Positions 1-7,488 of a stretch of 39,727 nucleotides of DNA are shown piece by piece. The notes beneath the pieces were generated by a model, which made no database searches, was not told where the DNA came from, and saw only the letters and a program-made list of their open reading frames with translations. Made by a program: the position numbers and the translations under genes. The DNA comes from a virus. Every line of letters begins with the position of its first letter. The stretch's first letter is position 1. The stretch is from positions 1-39,727 of IMG/VR virus record IMGVR_UViG_3300046513_000137. One strand, given 5' to 3'.

Positions 1-127
1 CGCTTCGCTGATGATCGCTTCCCACTCTTCCAAGCGCTCGATTTGCTCAGGGAAATATTGGTCAACGAGCGCCAGCTCGGCTTTTGAGCAGTTGATGCAG
101 GGAAAGCAGCCGACGCGCTTTAAGCCC
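1..127. repeat. Terminal direct repeat, copy 1 (identical to 39601-39727). Either a circular-contig overlap or terminal redundancy.
   Basis: Compared base by base. Both copies start cgcttcgctgatgatcgcttcccactcttc and end gacgcgctttaagccc. The repeat lies inside a coding region. Confidence 0.97.
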
Positions 128-759
128 CATCCGTAAAGGGGGTTTGGCTCGACGCCATGACGCCGGGAGATAGCAAACACCTCGTCAACGCTAGTGACGC
201 GTAGCAGCGGTCGGAATACATAGAGCTTCCCCGGCAGGTCGGCATGTTGACCGCCGATACGCTGGAAGGGAGGCAAATGCTTCCGTGCCTCACTCTCGGC
301 CGCTCGCACGCCTTGCCACGAGATCACAGTCGCGCCGGTAGCCAGCAGCGGACGCGTCACGTTCAGGTCTATGGGCTTGATCTTCAGTTCTTCGGTGCAG
401 AACTGCGCTTTACGGCTTGGAAAGCGGCCTTTCCAGATGCAGAGATCAAGGAAAGGGTTGCCAGTCGGGTGAAGGACGGAAAGTGCGCGAGCAACTAGAC
501 GTGGAGAAACGCCGTGCTCCTCCCAGTTCTTTTCGATGAATGCGCGCTTCCCTTCGATCTGCCGAGAAAAATCCGCCTTCACCCATTCGACCTTCGGTCC
601 GCCAGTCTTCTCATGAAGCGTGTTGACGGCCTCATAGGTCGCTGGGTGCTCGTTGCCAGTGTCGGCAGCCACGGCCCGGAATGGCAAGCCACGCTCGATC
701 GCTCGGCAGTAGGTAGCCGTCGAGTCCTTGCCGCCTGAAACGGAGACGACATGGATCAT
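1..759 (-). CDS. PAPS reductase / PP-loop ATPase family protein, 5' (N-terminal) part. The gene continues across the circular junction into 39373-39600.
   Basis: It is absent from the ORF track because it runs off the window edge. My reverse translation from ATG 759-757 gives MIHVVSVSGGKDSTATYCRAIERG (SGGKDS PP-loop), then WQGVRAAESEARK, then GLKRVGCFPCINCSK. It is in frame with the ORF 39373..39633 through the 127-nt repeat. There is an ATGA overlap with the stop of 756..1091. Confidence 0.85.
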   Translation of the reverse strand, partial: MIHVVSVSGGKDSTATYCRAIERGLPFRAVAADTGNEHPATYEAVNTLHEKTGGPKVEWVKADFSRQIEGKRAFIEKNWEEHGVSPRLVARALSVLHPTGNPFLDLCIWKGRFPSRKAQFCTEELKIKPIDLNVTRPLLATGATVISWQGVRAAESEARKHLPPFQRIGGQHADLPGKLYVFRPLLRVTSVDEVFAISRRHGVEPNPLYGWGLKRVGCFPCINCSKAELALVDQYFPEQIERLEEWEAIISEA

Positions 760-1091
760 TCCTCATCCCTCACGGCTGCTGACAGTGGTCGGGCGAGGGC
801 GGAAATCGCATAGTCTAGAGCCCACTGCTCATGTGGACCTAGCATCTTCTCTTCGCCCTTGAACCGCTGAAGGAAATAGATTGCGCGGTCTGGCGTCATG
901 GAGCCAACGCAACCTTCTCGCGCCTCATCGTCTCCTGACGTGTTTGTGAGGGCGGAGGAACGGATTTCTTCAATGCGGCGCTTGATGATTTCATCTACTT
1001 CGGGGATGTGCTGTATAGGGTCAACACCTGCCGCTGCGATCGCGTAGCGGATTTCAAGACCGAAGTTGTAGGCCAGATCGTCGTCGGTCAT
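756..1091 (-). CDS. hypothetical early protein (111 aa)
   Basis: Listed in the ORF track. ATGA overlaps with both neighbours in the leftward operon. No motif recognised. Confidence 0.7.
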   Translation of the reverse strand: MTDDDLAYNFGLEIRYAIAAAGVDPIQHIPEVDEIIKRRIEEIRSSALTNTSGDDEAREGCVGSMTPDRAIYFLQRFKGEEKMLGPHEQWALDYAISALARPLSAAVRDEE

Positions 1092-1429
1092 GCCACCTCT
1101 CCATTTTCGTTGACGTATTCAGAGGCAACAAGCTTTGCCGCACTCGCGGTCCAGTCATGTCCATCTGTGCCGTAAGGAACATCGATGTATTCCCGGAGCC
1201 AACGCACGGCTTCAGCGTTGCTGACATCGGGCCAGAATGAGCGGAGGGATAGCGCCAGCGCCCAATTGAAGCCGACCTCGGAGAGAGGATCGTTAGGGCG
1301 GGTTTTGAAGCGCTCAGCCAGAATTTCCTCGATGAGGAATGGTATTCTGTCATCGAGAACCTTCTTTATGATTTCGCCGACTGTCTTTTCGACATGGCTG
1401 CGCAGTATCCTTCTCAGTATCCCGGTCAT
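1088..1429 (-). CDS. hypothetical early protein (113 aa)
   Basis: Listed in the ORF track. ATGA overlaps on both sides. Confidence 0.7.
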   Translation of the reverse strand: MTGILRRILRSHVEKTVGEIIKKVLDDRIPFLIEEILAERFKTRPNDPLSEVGFNWALALSLRSFWPDVSNAEAVRWLREYIDVPYGTDGHDWTASAAKLVASEYVNENGEVA

Positions 1430-1704
1430 TCCTTCCCTCCCTGCGGAACAGTGGTGGCGGATTGACGGGCGATCTCACTCATCGTTGCGAGCGGCGACAC
1501 CTCAGTGAATGCAGCGCGAAACTGCTCGTGCATCTCCGGGTTATCGGCCCAGATCTCACGGGCACGAACGAGGGCGGTCTTCTCCACCGTCGCCTCTGCG
1601 GCGCGCTGTGCGTGGGGGAGCTGGTAGTCCCAGCCCGCGCGGCTATAGCTCATGTCGACTAGGCATTTCTTGAACTCGTCGAGAACTGGCGTCATCTCAC
1701 CCAT
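1426..1704 (-). CDS. hypothetical early protein (92 aa)
   Basis: Listed in the ORF track. AAGGGA lies about 7 nt upstream of ATG 1704. The gene overlaps the stop of the upstream gene. Confidence 0.65.
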   Translation of the reverse strand: MGEMTPVLDEFKKCLVDMSYSRAGWDYQLPHAQRAAEATVEKTALVRAREIWADNPEMHEQFRAAFTEVSPLATMSEIARQSATTVPQGGKE

Positions 1705-1906
1705 TGGCGTTTCCCTTCAAAGCCTGAAGCATGAAAGCCTCTCGTTGTTTCCTGATCTCGCGGACACGGCCATGGCGCTTTGTTGCCTCCATCTCTGCCT
1801 GATCGAGATAGCGGAGTTCTGGGAGGGCTCTATAAAGTCTGCGCCGGCTCTGCCAGGATTGCCATTGGGCTAGGGCGCGGCGTATTAGTCTGTCGAGGCG
1901 GTTCAT
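1697..1906 (-). CDS. hypothetical early protein (69 aa)
   Basis: I chose the internal ATG at 1906 (MNRLDRL...) of ORF 1697..1957. GGAGGA lies 4-5 nt upstream, and there is an ATGA overlap with the stop of 1903..2313. Confidence 0.6.
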   Translation of the reverse strand: MNRLDRLIRRALAQWQSWQSRRRLYRALPELRYLDQAEMEATKRHGRVREIRKQREAFMLQALKGNANG

Positions 1907-2313
1907 GCAGTCCTCCGATAGGCGAGGGTGAACGGAAGGCGATCGGACAGAACCCACATGTGATACATGTCAGCCTCGTCGATCAGCTCGGAAATGGGTG
2001 GCATCACCTGAACGGCGGTGGATTCCTCGCCGCATATCTCGTTCTTGATGCGCTGCATGTCGCGCCATGGCGGCTCAAGCTGAGAAGCTGTCCGTATGGC
2101 TAGGTGGACCATCGGCCTGCCGGTTTCGTCATAAAACCTGCGGACAAGGACGGCGTATAGATTGTTGGCCGCAGCCTCTCGAACTTCCTTGCACCAGCCG
2201 CTTCCGCCTGGAATACCATCTGGCAGTTTGGTGATGCGCCATTGACCCCAATCACCTTTCAGGCCCTTACGTTCCATGGCGCGACCAGCGAGGCGCTGCT
2301 GACGATTACTCAT
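1903..2313 (-). CDS. hypothetical phage protein (136 aa)
   Basis: Listed in the ORF track. ATGA overlaps on both sides. Confidence 0.7.
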   Translation of the reverse strand: MSNRQQRLAGRAMERKGLKGDWGQWRITKLPDGIPGGSGWCKEVREAAANNLYAVLVRRFYDETGRPMVHLAIRTASQLEPPWRDMQRIKNEICGEESTAVQVMPPISELIDEADMYHMWVLSDRLPFTLAYRRTA

Positions 2314-2729
2314 GCAGCCACCTCCGTTTGCTCTGGAACGATCCCGTATTCTCGGGCGATGAAGGCAAGTGCCTCTTGGAGGAAGGCCCCGAAGGTTTGC
2401 TCGTCCATGGACCGAAATGCGACAGAGGCCGGAACCTTGATCACATAGCCGCGAAACCTCACGTCTTCCGTGAACCCGGTTTCCAATTTTACCGACTGGT
2501 GAAGGGCGTCTTCAGTTGACGCGCAGCCTGTTGCCTTGACAACTTCGCGGAGGAACGCGCGATAGAACCGCAGCCGTGAAGGAATACGCCCTGTGCTCAT
2601 TTCGACCTTTACACGCTGGCCCTGTGGGAAATCGGCAATGCGGTCTCGGTCGTACTGCATCTCGCCAACGAGCTTGTCGCCTTGGCGCACGACGTAAATT
2701 GGAGCGGTTTCGCTTGATTTCTTGCTCAT
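2310..2729 (-). CDS. hypothetical protein, possibly DUF1367-like
   Basis: ORF 2310..2735 opens with TTG, and ATG 2729 (MSKKS...) is more likely. The pattern SVAFRSMDEQTFGAFL resembles the DUF1367 'SisF..MD..eF' block. That recollection is from memory only. Confidence 0.6.
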   Translation of the reverse strand: MSKKSSETAPIYVVRQGDKLVGEMQYDRDRIADFPQGQRVKVEMSTGRIPSRLRFYRAFLREVVKATGCASTEDALHQSVKLETGFTEDVRFRGYVIKVPASVAFRSMDEQTFGAFLQEALAFIAREYGIVPEQTEVAA

Positions 2730-2731
2730 GA

Positions 2732-3400
2732 TCAACCCGCCATCAGAAGTTCAGCGGCTTCGTCGAGCGGCTGCATGTCTGGATCGTAGATCTTGCGGAG
2801 CGTCGTGATGTCGGCTCGGATCTCGTTCAGGAAGGTGATGACCTCCTTTTCAAGCTCCTCAATGATCTCAGGAACGCGATGGACACGGACGCAGAAGAAC
2901 TGCATCGCCTCGGGCATGCGTGGGTCGTAGCTGACGAAATCGCACCACGCGCGGCCAGTGCAGGCAAGTTGCCACTGGATCTGGGTCACGTAGTCGGCAG
3001 GGACCGCTCGCCCTTTGAGCGTCTTGATGTGGGTGTGCGTCTCGGGGCACTTAATCTCAAGCAGCCCGTCAGTGCCGACGAGGCCATCAGGAGAGGCGCC
3101 ACTGTCCGCGATCGACGGATGCAGCACAAAGCCGACCTGCTCGACCTTTGCGGCGCGGTTGTATTCGTATGCCGCGCGGGCCTGCGGCTCTGTTTCCGTG
3201 CCCCAAATCATAGCGGCGTTTATGAAGCGCTCTGGTGTCGTGTCGGTCAGGCGCTCGACGATTAGCTCGCCGGCATACTTGGCGCGAGAGGCAGAATAGC
3301 CGCTCTTGGTCTTGGCGATGATATCGGCCACACGGGAAGCCGTAACTTTGCCGCGCCGGATTGCGTGCCACTCTTCCGTACCCTGAACGATGTTATCCAT
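2732..3400 (-). CDS. YqaJ-type (lambda Exo-like, PD-(D/E)XK) recombination exonuclease
   Basis: Start is the internal ATG 3400 (MDNIVQGTEEWHAIRRGKVTASRV...). The blocks GASPDGLV and LLEIKCP are typical of the YqaJ domain. It lies immediately downstream of the ERF gene. Confidence 0.85.
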   Translation of the reverse strand: MDNIVQGTEEWHAIRRGKVTASRVADIIAKTKSGYSASRAKYAGELIVERLTDTTPERFINAAMIWGTETEPQARAAYEYNRAAKVEQVGFVLHPSIADSGASPDGLVGTDGLLEIKCPETHTHIKTLKGRAVPADYVTQIQWQLACTGRAWCDFVSYDPRMPEAMQFFCVRVHRVPEIIEELEKEVITFLNEIRADITTLRKIYDPDMQPLDEAAELLMAG

Positions 3401-4199
3401 TGTTCTTGCCCTCGCGCTGCTCCTTGAGGAAAGTGACGCGGCGGCGCAGAGACGACACCACATCGTTGAACTTCGCCTTGGGAATGTCGGGAACCGCTTC
3501 AATCTTCCAGTGCTGGCAGAACTGATCTATTTCCAGTTCGGCTTCGTCGATGAGGCCTCGGACAACCGATGCCTGCGCTTCCGTGATCGGCGTTACGTCA
3601 TCCTCGGTCGGAACCTTGACGCGGTTGCCATCTCGGTCGTCGCCAGTGCTGATGTTGAAGATCATGCAGAGCAGGTAGCGCCGGCCATATGTTGCCGTGC
3701 TGCCGAAAGCCTGCGTTCCGGTCTTGTTGACGCGACCCTGCGCCCCAGCCCCATCGACGGGGATTTCCCCAACGCCGCTGCGCGAATGGCCTTCCTCGTG
3801 CGACACTTCCCAGAGAATGCGCAGCTCGCCCTTGTCGTTGTATCCGTCAGGCTGGAACGAGACGGCAAAGCCGTGGTCGTGGATGATTGGCATTGCCTGC
3901 TCTTCGATCGCAGCCAGATCAGCATAGTTCGAATTGGTGTGGGTATTGCGGCTGCGCTTGATGACGACCGGCAATTCCTTCTGGCACTTCGACATGGCAG
4001 CGAAGAACGCCTTTTTGGCCTGCCGCTCGGCGTCTTCGCGAGCGCGGTCTTCCATACGCTCTTTCATGGCAAGCATCTGCTCAAGGCGGTCGATGGGTAC
4101 GGACGGGTCCATGACGATGCGCTCAATCATCGCCACCATGGGCGCGTCTGAGGCCGGGATGATCTTGTCGTGATCAATGGTCTTAACGGCTGTAGACAT
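3393..4199 (-). CDS. ERF-family single-strand annealing protein
   Basis: Start ATG 4199 (MSTAVKTID...) is preceded by AGGAGA 7 nt upstream. It carries the motif GSTATYGRRYLLCMIF (ERF 'ItYaRRY' block) and is paired with the exonuclease. Confidence 0.85.
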   Translation of the reverse strand: MSTAVKTIDHDKIIPASDAPMVAMIERIVMDPSVPIDRLEQMLAMKERMEDRAREDAERQAKKAFFAAMSKCQKELPVVIKRSRNTHTNSNYADLAAIEEQAMPIIHDHGFAVSFQPDGYNDKGELRILWEVSHEEGHSRSGVGEIPVDGAGAQGRVNKTGTQAFGSTATYGRRYLLCMIFNISTGDDRDGNRVKVPTEDDVTPITEAQASVVRGLIDEAELEIDQFCQHWKIEAVPDIPKAKFNDVVSSLRRRVTFLKEQREGKNNG

Positions 4200-4632
4200 G
4201 AGTGATCTCCTGCTGGTCGAGTGCGATTTTGCGGGACTGTTCAGCGCCATGCATGACGGCGAGGCCGAAGAGGGTGATAACGCCGATGACGACGATCGCC
4301 TTGTTGATGGCGTCGATCAGCTTGAGACGTTCGGTCTCGTGCTTGGCGTTGATGGCGATTGCCCGCTCTATTGCGGAGGAGGCTTGGTAGAGGTCAGAAC
4401 GGAAGGTCATTGCCTCACCCTCCTGTTGTTCGAGGGCGCTTTCCCAACCTTCGTTGAAGCCGATAACGTAGCTTCGCTCAGACTTGAACCGAGCCACATC
4501 GGCGCGAAGGCCTTCGCATTCCTCGATGAGCGAGCGAACCGCCTCGACAAAGTCAGGGAAGCAGGAGATTTCATCAGCCCCGAGCGCTGCATAAATCAGG
4601 TCTTCGCGGCTCGGAATTATGGTGAAGGTCAT
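4183..4632 (-). CDS. hypothetical protein with C-terminal transmembrane segment
   Basis: Listed in the ORF track. Hydrophobic stretch AIVVIGVITLFGLAVM. ATGA overlap with the upstream gene. Confidence 0.65.
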   Translation of the reverse strand: MTFTIIPSREDLIYAALGADEISCFPDFVEAVRSLIEECEGLRADVARFKSERSYVIGFNEGWESALEQQEGEAMTFRSDLYQASSAIERAIAINAKHETERLKLIDAINKAIVVIGVITLFGLAVMHGAEQSRKIALDQQEITHVYSR

Positions 4633-5051
4633 GACCGGCCCTCCGCTTTGGCGATGGCTGCGGCTACCTTCTCCGCCACCCAGTCGTCGCCTGTCATCGC
4701 GCCGTAGTCGATAGCTGCCCGAAGCGCCTCCAGCAGATCCGGAGCGGCAGCGATCAGCCGAGCGTCGGCGCAGTTGATGCCTCGGACGTCATACCGGTAG
4801 ACGCTTCCGTCCTTCTTGGCTTCATCCATTCCCACAATTGATTGTTCGCCTACTTCGAATTGCAGAAGGTCTTTTGCATCAACCATGCCGCCACGCTCCG
4901 GCTGGAAACGAGGCTGTGCGCCTCGCATTCCCCACCGGACGAAATCCATGACGTACCGCCTGCCGCTATGGGTGGTAGCAAGATAGACGTGGTTGCTGTT
5001 CGCGTTTCCAAACCACTTCCACGGTCCAGGCGTATGCTTTGCATCAGCCAT
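4629..5051 (-). CDS. hypothetical protein (140 aa)
   Basis: Start is the internal ATG 5051 (MADAKHTPGPWKW...) of ORF 4629..5102. It overlaps the stop of 5044..5244. Confidence 0.65.
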   Translation of the reverse strand: MADAKHTPGPWKWFGNANSNHVYLATTHSGRRYVMDFVRWGMRGAQPRFQPERGGMVDAKDLLQFEVGEQSIVGMDEAKKDGSVYRYDVRGINCADARLIAAAPDLLEALRAAIDYGAMTGDDWVAEKVAAAIAKAEGRS

Positions 5052-5244
5052 TTGCGTGTTCCTTCTCACGAGGAGCCGGAAGCTTCCAACCGAGCGTATC
5101 AACGAGCTTGATGAGGTGCTTGAAAGCCTGATCCTCGTGGAAGCTTCGGGATATGCCGTCGTTGTAGGCTGCTAGGAGGAGAGCATCAGCTACTGCCGTC
5201 GCCCGTTCTTTGGCTGTGAGGATGGCTGTTCGACGGTCGGTCAC
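5044..5244 (-). CDS. hypothetical protein (66 aa)
   Basis: Listed in the ORF track. GTG start with a GTGA overlap with the upstream stop. Confidence 0.55.
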   Translation of the reverse strand: MTDRRTAILTAKERATAVADALLLAAYNDGISRSFHEDQAFKHLIKLVDTLGWKLPAPREKEHANG

Positions 5245-5519
5245 TCTGCGGCCTCCCTGAAATGGCGTTGAAGACGGCTCTCGGCGTTATGTCCGGTGAA
5301 GCTCTCGACATCGGTACGGCGCATGAGGCGCTGGAACTGGAAGACCTCGCCCCCGTGCTTGTCGGCGTCATCTTGCGCTTCCTGCTCGGTCTCGTATTCG
5401 AACGGCTCGACGAGCTGGCTTGAGGTCCAGAACATCGTCTGCAGGTCGGCGTTGTATGCGAGGAACAGCGCTGTTCCGTGGGCTGGGTTCTCGACGTGGT
5501 AGCGATCGACGAGGGCCAT
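5241..5519 (-). CDS. hypothetical protein (92 aa)
   Basis: Start is the internal ATG 5519 (MALVDRYH...). There is a TGATG overlap with the stop of 5519..5863. Confidence 0.6.
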   Translation of the reverse strand: MALVDRYHVENPAHGTALFLAYNADLQTMFWTSSQLVEPFEYETEQEAQDDADKHGGEVFQFQRLMRRTDVESFTGHNAESRLQRHFREAAE

Positions 5520-5863
5520 CACGCGGCCTCCTTCCAATCGAAGGCGCGGAGAGCAAGCTCGACCTCTGCCTTGACAAGATCGCTCGGCAAGCTGCGAAGG
5601 AACTCGACGAAGCGGAGAACGTGCTCGACGGGGACGTAGCCCTTAACTTCGCAATCCTGAATATCGATCATTGCGTCGTCGGTTGCCCAAACCGCTATCT
5701 CGGCTGTTTCAGACGCCGGGAGAGGGTTTTTGTGGTCGATATGGTAGCTCGGGTAATCATAATTCTGGCAGTAGTTGCCGCGCCCGATCTGGATCGAAAT
5801 CGTCAGGCCGTTCTCGAACGTGAGATGCACGCCCTTTCCGTCCGTTATCCTGATGCTTGCCAT
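5519..5863 (-). CDS. first gene of the leftward early operon, hypothetical (114 aa)
   Basis: Start is the internal ATG 5863 (MASIRITDG...). GAGAGGA lies about 8 nt upstream. Confidence 0.65.
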   Translation of the reverse strand: MASIRITDGKGVHLTFENGLTISIQIGRGNYCQNYDYPSYHIDHKNPLPASETAEIAVWATDDAMIDIQDCEVKGYVPVEHVLRFVEFLRSLPSDLVKAEVELALRAFDWKEAA

Positions 5864-5940
5864 CTGCCTGTCCTCTCTCGATGCCGATCGACGTTTCGCG
5901 TGCTTCCTTGCGGGGCTCATTCGTCTCGGCTGGTGAGGAT

Positions 5941-5969
5941 CACTGTAACAGTTTATGCTACATAGTCAA
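5941..5969 (-). promoter_or_regulatory. Candidate leftward early promoter (PL) with embedded operator
   Basis: On the minus strand: -35 TTGACT (5969-5964), a 16-nt spacer, then -10 TACAGT (5947-5942). The imperfect inverted repeat TGTAACA-GTTTA-TGCTACA (5944-5962) fills the spacer and the -10. Confidence 0.45.
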
Positions 5970-6009
5970 CTGGGTGTCGCATCGGATGACGCAAATTATT
6001 TGACATATC

Positions 6010-6024
6010 TGCTGCAATGTAGCA
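6010..6024. promoter_or_regulatory. 15-bp near-palindrome TGCTGCAATGTAGCA (operator-like)
   Basis: 12 of 14 arm positions are self-complementary. It shares the TGTAGCA/TGCTACA half-site with 5956-5962 and 8313-8319. Confidence 0.4.
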
Positions 6025-6061
6025 AAAAGAAAAGCGCCGGAGGGATGATCCGACCGGCGCT
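6022..6061 (-). terminator. Rho-independent terminator for leftward transcription coming from the Arc-like gene side
   Basis: Stem AGCGCCGG (6033-6040) pairs with CCGGCGCT (6054-6061) around a 13-nt loop. On the minus strand the stem is followed by TTTTCTTTTTG. Confidence 0.6.
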
Positions 6062-6088
6062 TGCAGCAAGATAGAAGAACACGCTCGT

Positions 6089-6109
6089 TATAACATTACA
6101 TTTGTTATA
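6089..6109. promoter_or_regulatory. AT-rich 21-bp inverted repeat TATAACA-N7-TGTTATA
   Basis: Read directly from the sequence. The arms are perfect 7-mers. It lies in ORF-poor DNA and the half-site resembles TGTWACA. Confidence 0.35.
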
Positions 6110-6569
6110 GGCAAGCGAAATCACGCTGCAAGGTGCTGAAAAGCGCAAAATCTTGGGCCTGCTCGGATGTTCCCGCCAAGATGATGTGCTCAGAGGTGCA
6201 AAGGCAGCGGTTTTTCAAGGGCATTGCCCCGCTCCGCCGATCATTCCGGCAAATCAATCCCAACGCGGTACCGATGCCAGGCTCATCGGGCGGAATCGAA
6301 CGGGGTTGATGGCCCGCCGGAGAAACGAGTTTGCAGCTCGCCGGGAAACTGAAGCAGCTTATACCGAGCGCTAAAGAAAAGGCGCTTGCTCGTATCGGGG
6401 ATAAATGAGCCTGACCAGCTCGATAAAAAGCCTTCCCCCGGTGTTGGACCCAGTAGCGGCTGGGAAAACAAACCGAGCTTCAGATGAGGTTGGTTCCACG
6501 GATGCTAGGCGCTGGTATGGCAGTGCAGGACTGGATGTCTCTGTGTTAGAGACCATCCTAATGCCTAGG

Positions 6570-6848
6570 TTATACCTGAAGACCAGAAACAGCCTCAATC
6601 TTCTCAACGATCGACCGCCAAATTGCCTCCTGATCATCGGGTGGCGACAGTCTCACCAAATCTGCGATGTCTCGAATATACACATCCAGGATAGCGTCCG
6701 GCGGGTAGGCTCGTTCAAGCAATACAAGCAACTCGGCATTTACCGATCGGTCGTTCCTCTCCGCAACTCGGCGGATTCGCTCCTTGAGCCCATCCGGCAG
6801 ACGGATGATGATCTTGTCTAGAGATCGGCTAGGGCTTTGATCGCTCAT
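6570..6848 (-). CDS. Arc/Mnt-type ribbon-helix-helix DNA-binding protein (92 aa)
   Basis: Start is the internal ATG 6848 of ORF 6570..6980. The sequence MSDQSPSRSLDKIIIRLPDGLKERIRRVAERNDRSVNAELLVLLERAY matches the Arc-domain pattern (f.lRlP..l...l...A...grS.NaEi). Confidence 0.75.
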   Translation of the reverse strand: MSDQSPSRSLDKIIIRLPDGLKERIRRVAERNDRSVNAELLVLLERAYPPDAILDVYIRDIADLVRLSPPDDQEAIWRSIVEKIEAVSGLQV

Positions 6849-7090
6849 CGAAAATGCATAGCGGTTGCAATTAACCAAATAAATATTGGCCACTGGCCAT
6901 ACCGAAGTTGGTTCTGGCCGGGTCGGGGCTGCTTGATTACGATAGGTTGCGTGGGGAGCCGGAGGAGGATCGCCCCTCATGTCGAGAGTGCTTCAATCAA
7001 TGCAAGGAAATTTCAACATGAGAATGCATCACAATTTCGCAGTGCCTATTTTTTCAATCAATAATTGTGTGTATTTCGTTAATTTCAAAA

Positions 7091-7109
7091 CACCTCCTAG
7101 TTGGAGGTG
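7091..7109 (+). promoter_or_regulatory. Shine-Dalgarno-sequestering hairpin in front of 7116..7466
   Basis: CACCTCC (7091-7097), loop TAGTT, then GGAGGTG (7103-7109), giving a perfect 7-bp stem. GGAGGTG is the only SD and lies 6 nt before ATG 7116. Confidence 0.5.
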
Positions 7110-7115
7110 CGACAA

Positions 7116-7466
7116 ATGAATGCGGTTGTTACTCCATCTACAGGCGTGCTGTCCGACCGATTCAGGGTTCATCCCATTGTTGGGGATGCGTGGGAGCCAG
7201 TTCTTCGCGGCGGTCGCGACTATGTTTTGACCGCCCCGGTAACGTCATACGAAGGCGAGGGGGTCTATCTGGTCGATGCAGGATTGGGAATTGAACTGTT
7301 TCGGGTCACCAACGTTCTCGGGCTCGACGGCGAGCTGTTGCTGTCTCGAGAAAACAGGACGTACCGATCGCACCACATGGCGCGTGAGAAATTCAACGAC
7401 GTTGTGGTTGGGATTGTAGTGGCGGACTTGCGCGTCCGTGACGAGAGATACATCACGCGAGCATAA
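7116..7466 (+). CDS. Stand-alone S24 (LexA/CI C-terminal domain)-like protein lacking the HTH domain and both catalytic residues (116 aa)
   Basis: ATG 7116 follows the GGAGGTG SD. By eye it aligns with the CI C-terminal domain. GDAWEPVLRGGRDYVL matches CI GDSMTPTIEDGDVVFV (Ser to Ala). IELFRV matches VVVKRL (Lys to Phe). LSRENRTY matches ISSDNPRH. VVVGIVV matches IQIVGRYI. Confidence 0.7.
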   Translation: MNAVVTPSTGVLSDRFRVHPIVGDAWEPVLRGGRDYVLTAPVTSYEGEGVYLVDAGLGIELFRVTNVLGLDGELLLSRENRTYRSHHMAREKFNDVVVGIVVADLRVRDERYITRA

Positions 7467-7471
7467 GCGGC

Positions 7472-7488
7472 TGGGCGGCTAGTCCGCC
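7472..7488. terminator. Hairpin between the convergent genes 7116..7466 and cI
   Basis: GGGCGG (7472-7477), loop CTAGT, CCGCCC (7483-7488), followed by TTCTTC on the plus strand. There is only a weak U-tract. Confidence 0.4.

Noticed and set aside
1-127. Terminal 127-nt repeats as att sites, LTRs or transposon ends.
   Set aside because: - The repeat is internal to an ORF that becomes intact only on circularisation.
- An independent attP candidate lies next to int.
- The repeat is best explained as an assembly overlap of a circular molecule. True terminal redundancy is not excluded.
6000-6028. A plus-strand promoter, TTGACA at 6000-6005 with a 17-nt spacer.
   Set aside because: - The -10 position reads CAAAAA.
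- Nothing credible lies downstream on the plus strand.
- The hexamer more likely belongs to the minus-strand PL/OL region.
6283-6330. GGAATCGAACGGGG, a T-arm-like string suggesting a tRNA or tmRNA fragment.
   Set aside because: On neither strand could I draw a T-stem, acceptor stem or any other tRNA arm around it.
6570-6848. The RHH protein as the antitoxin of a type II toxin-antitoxin pair.
   Set aside because: - There is no co-directional toxin-sized ORF downstream. The 6062-6569 segment is ORF-poor.
- The divergent partner is S24-like, not a known toxin fold.
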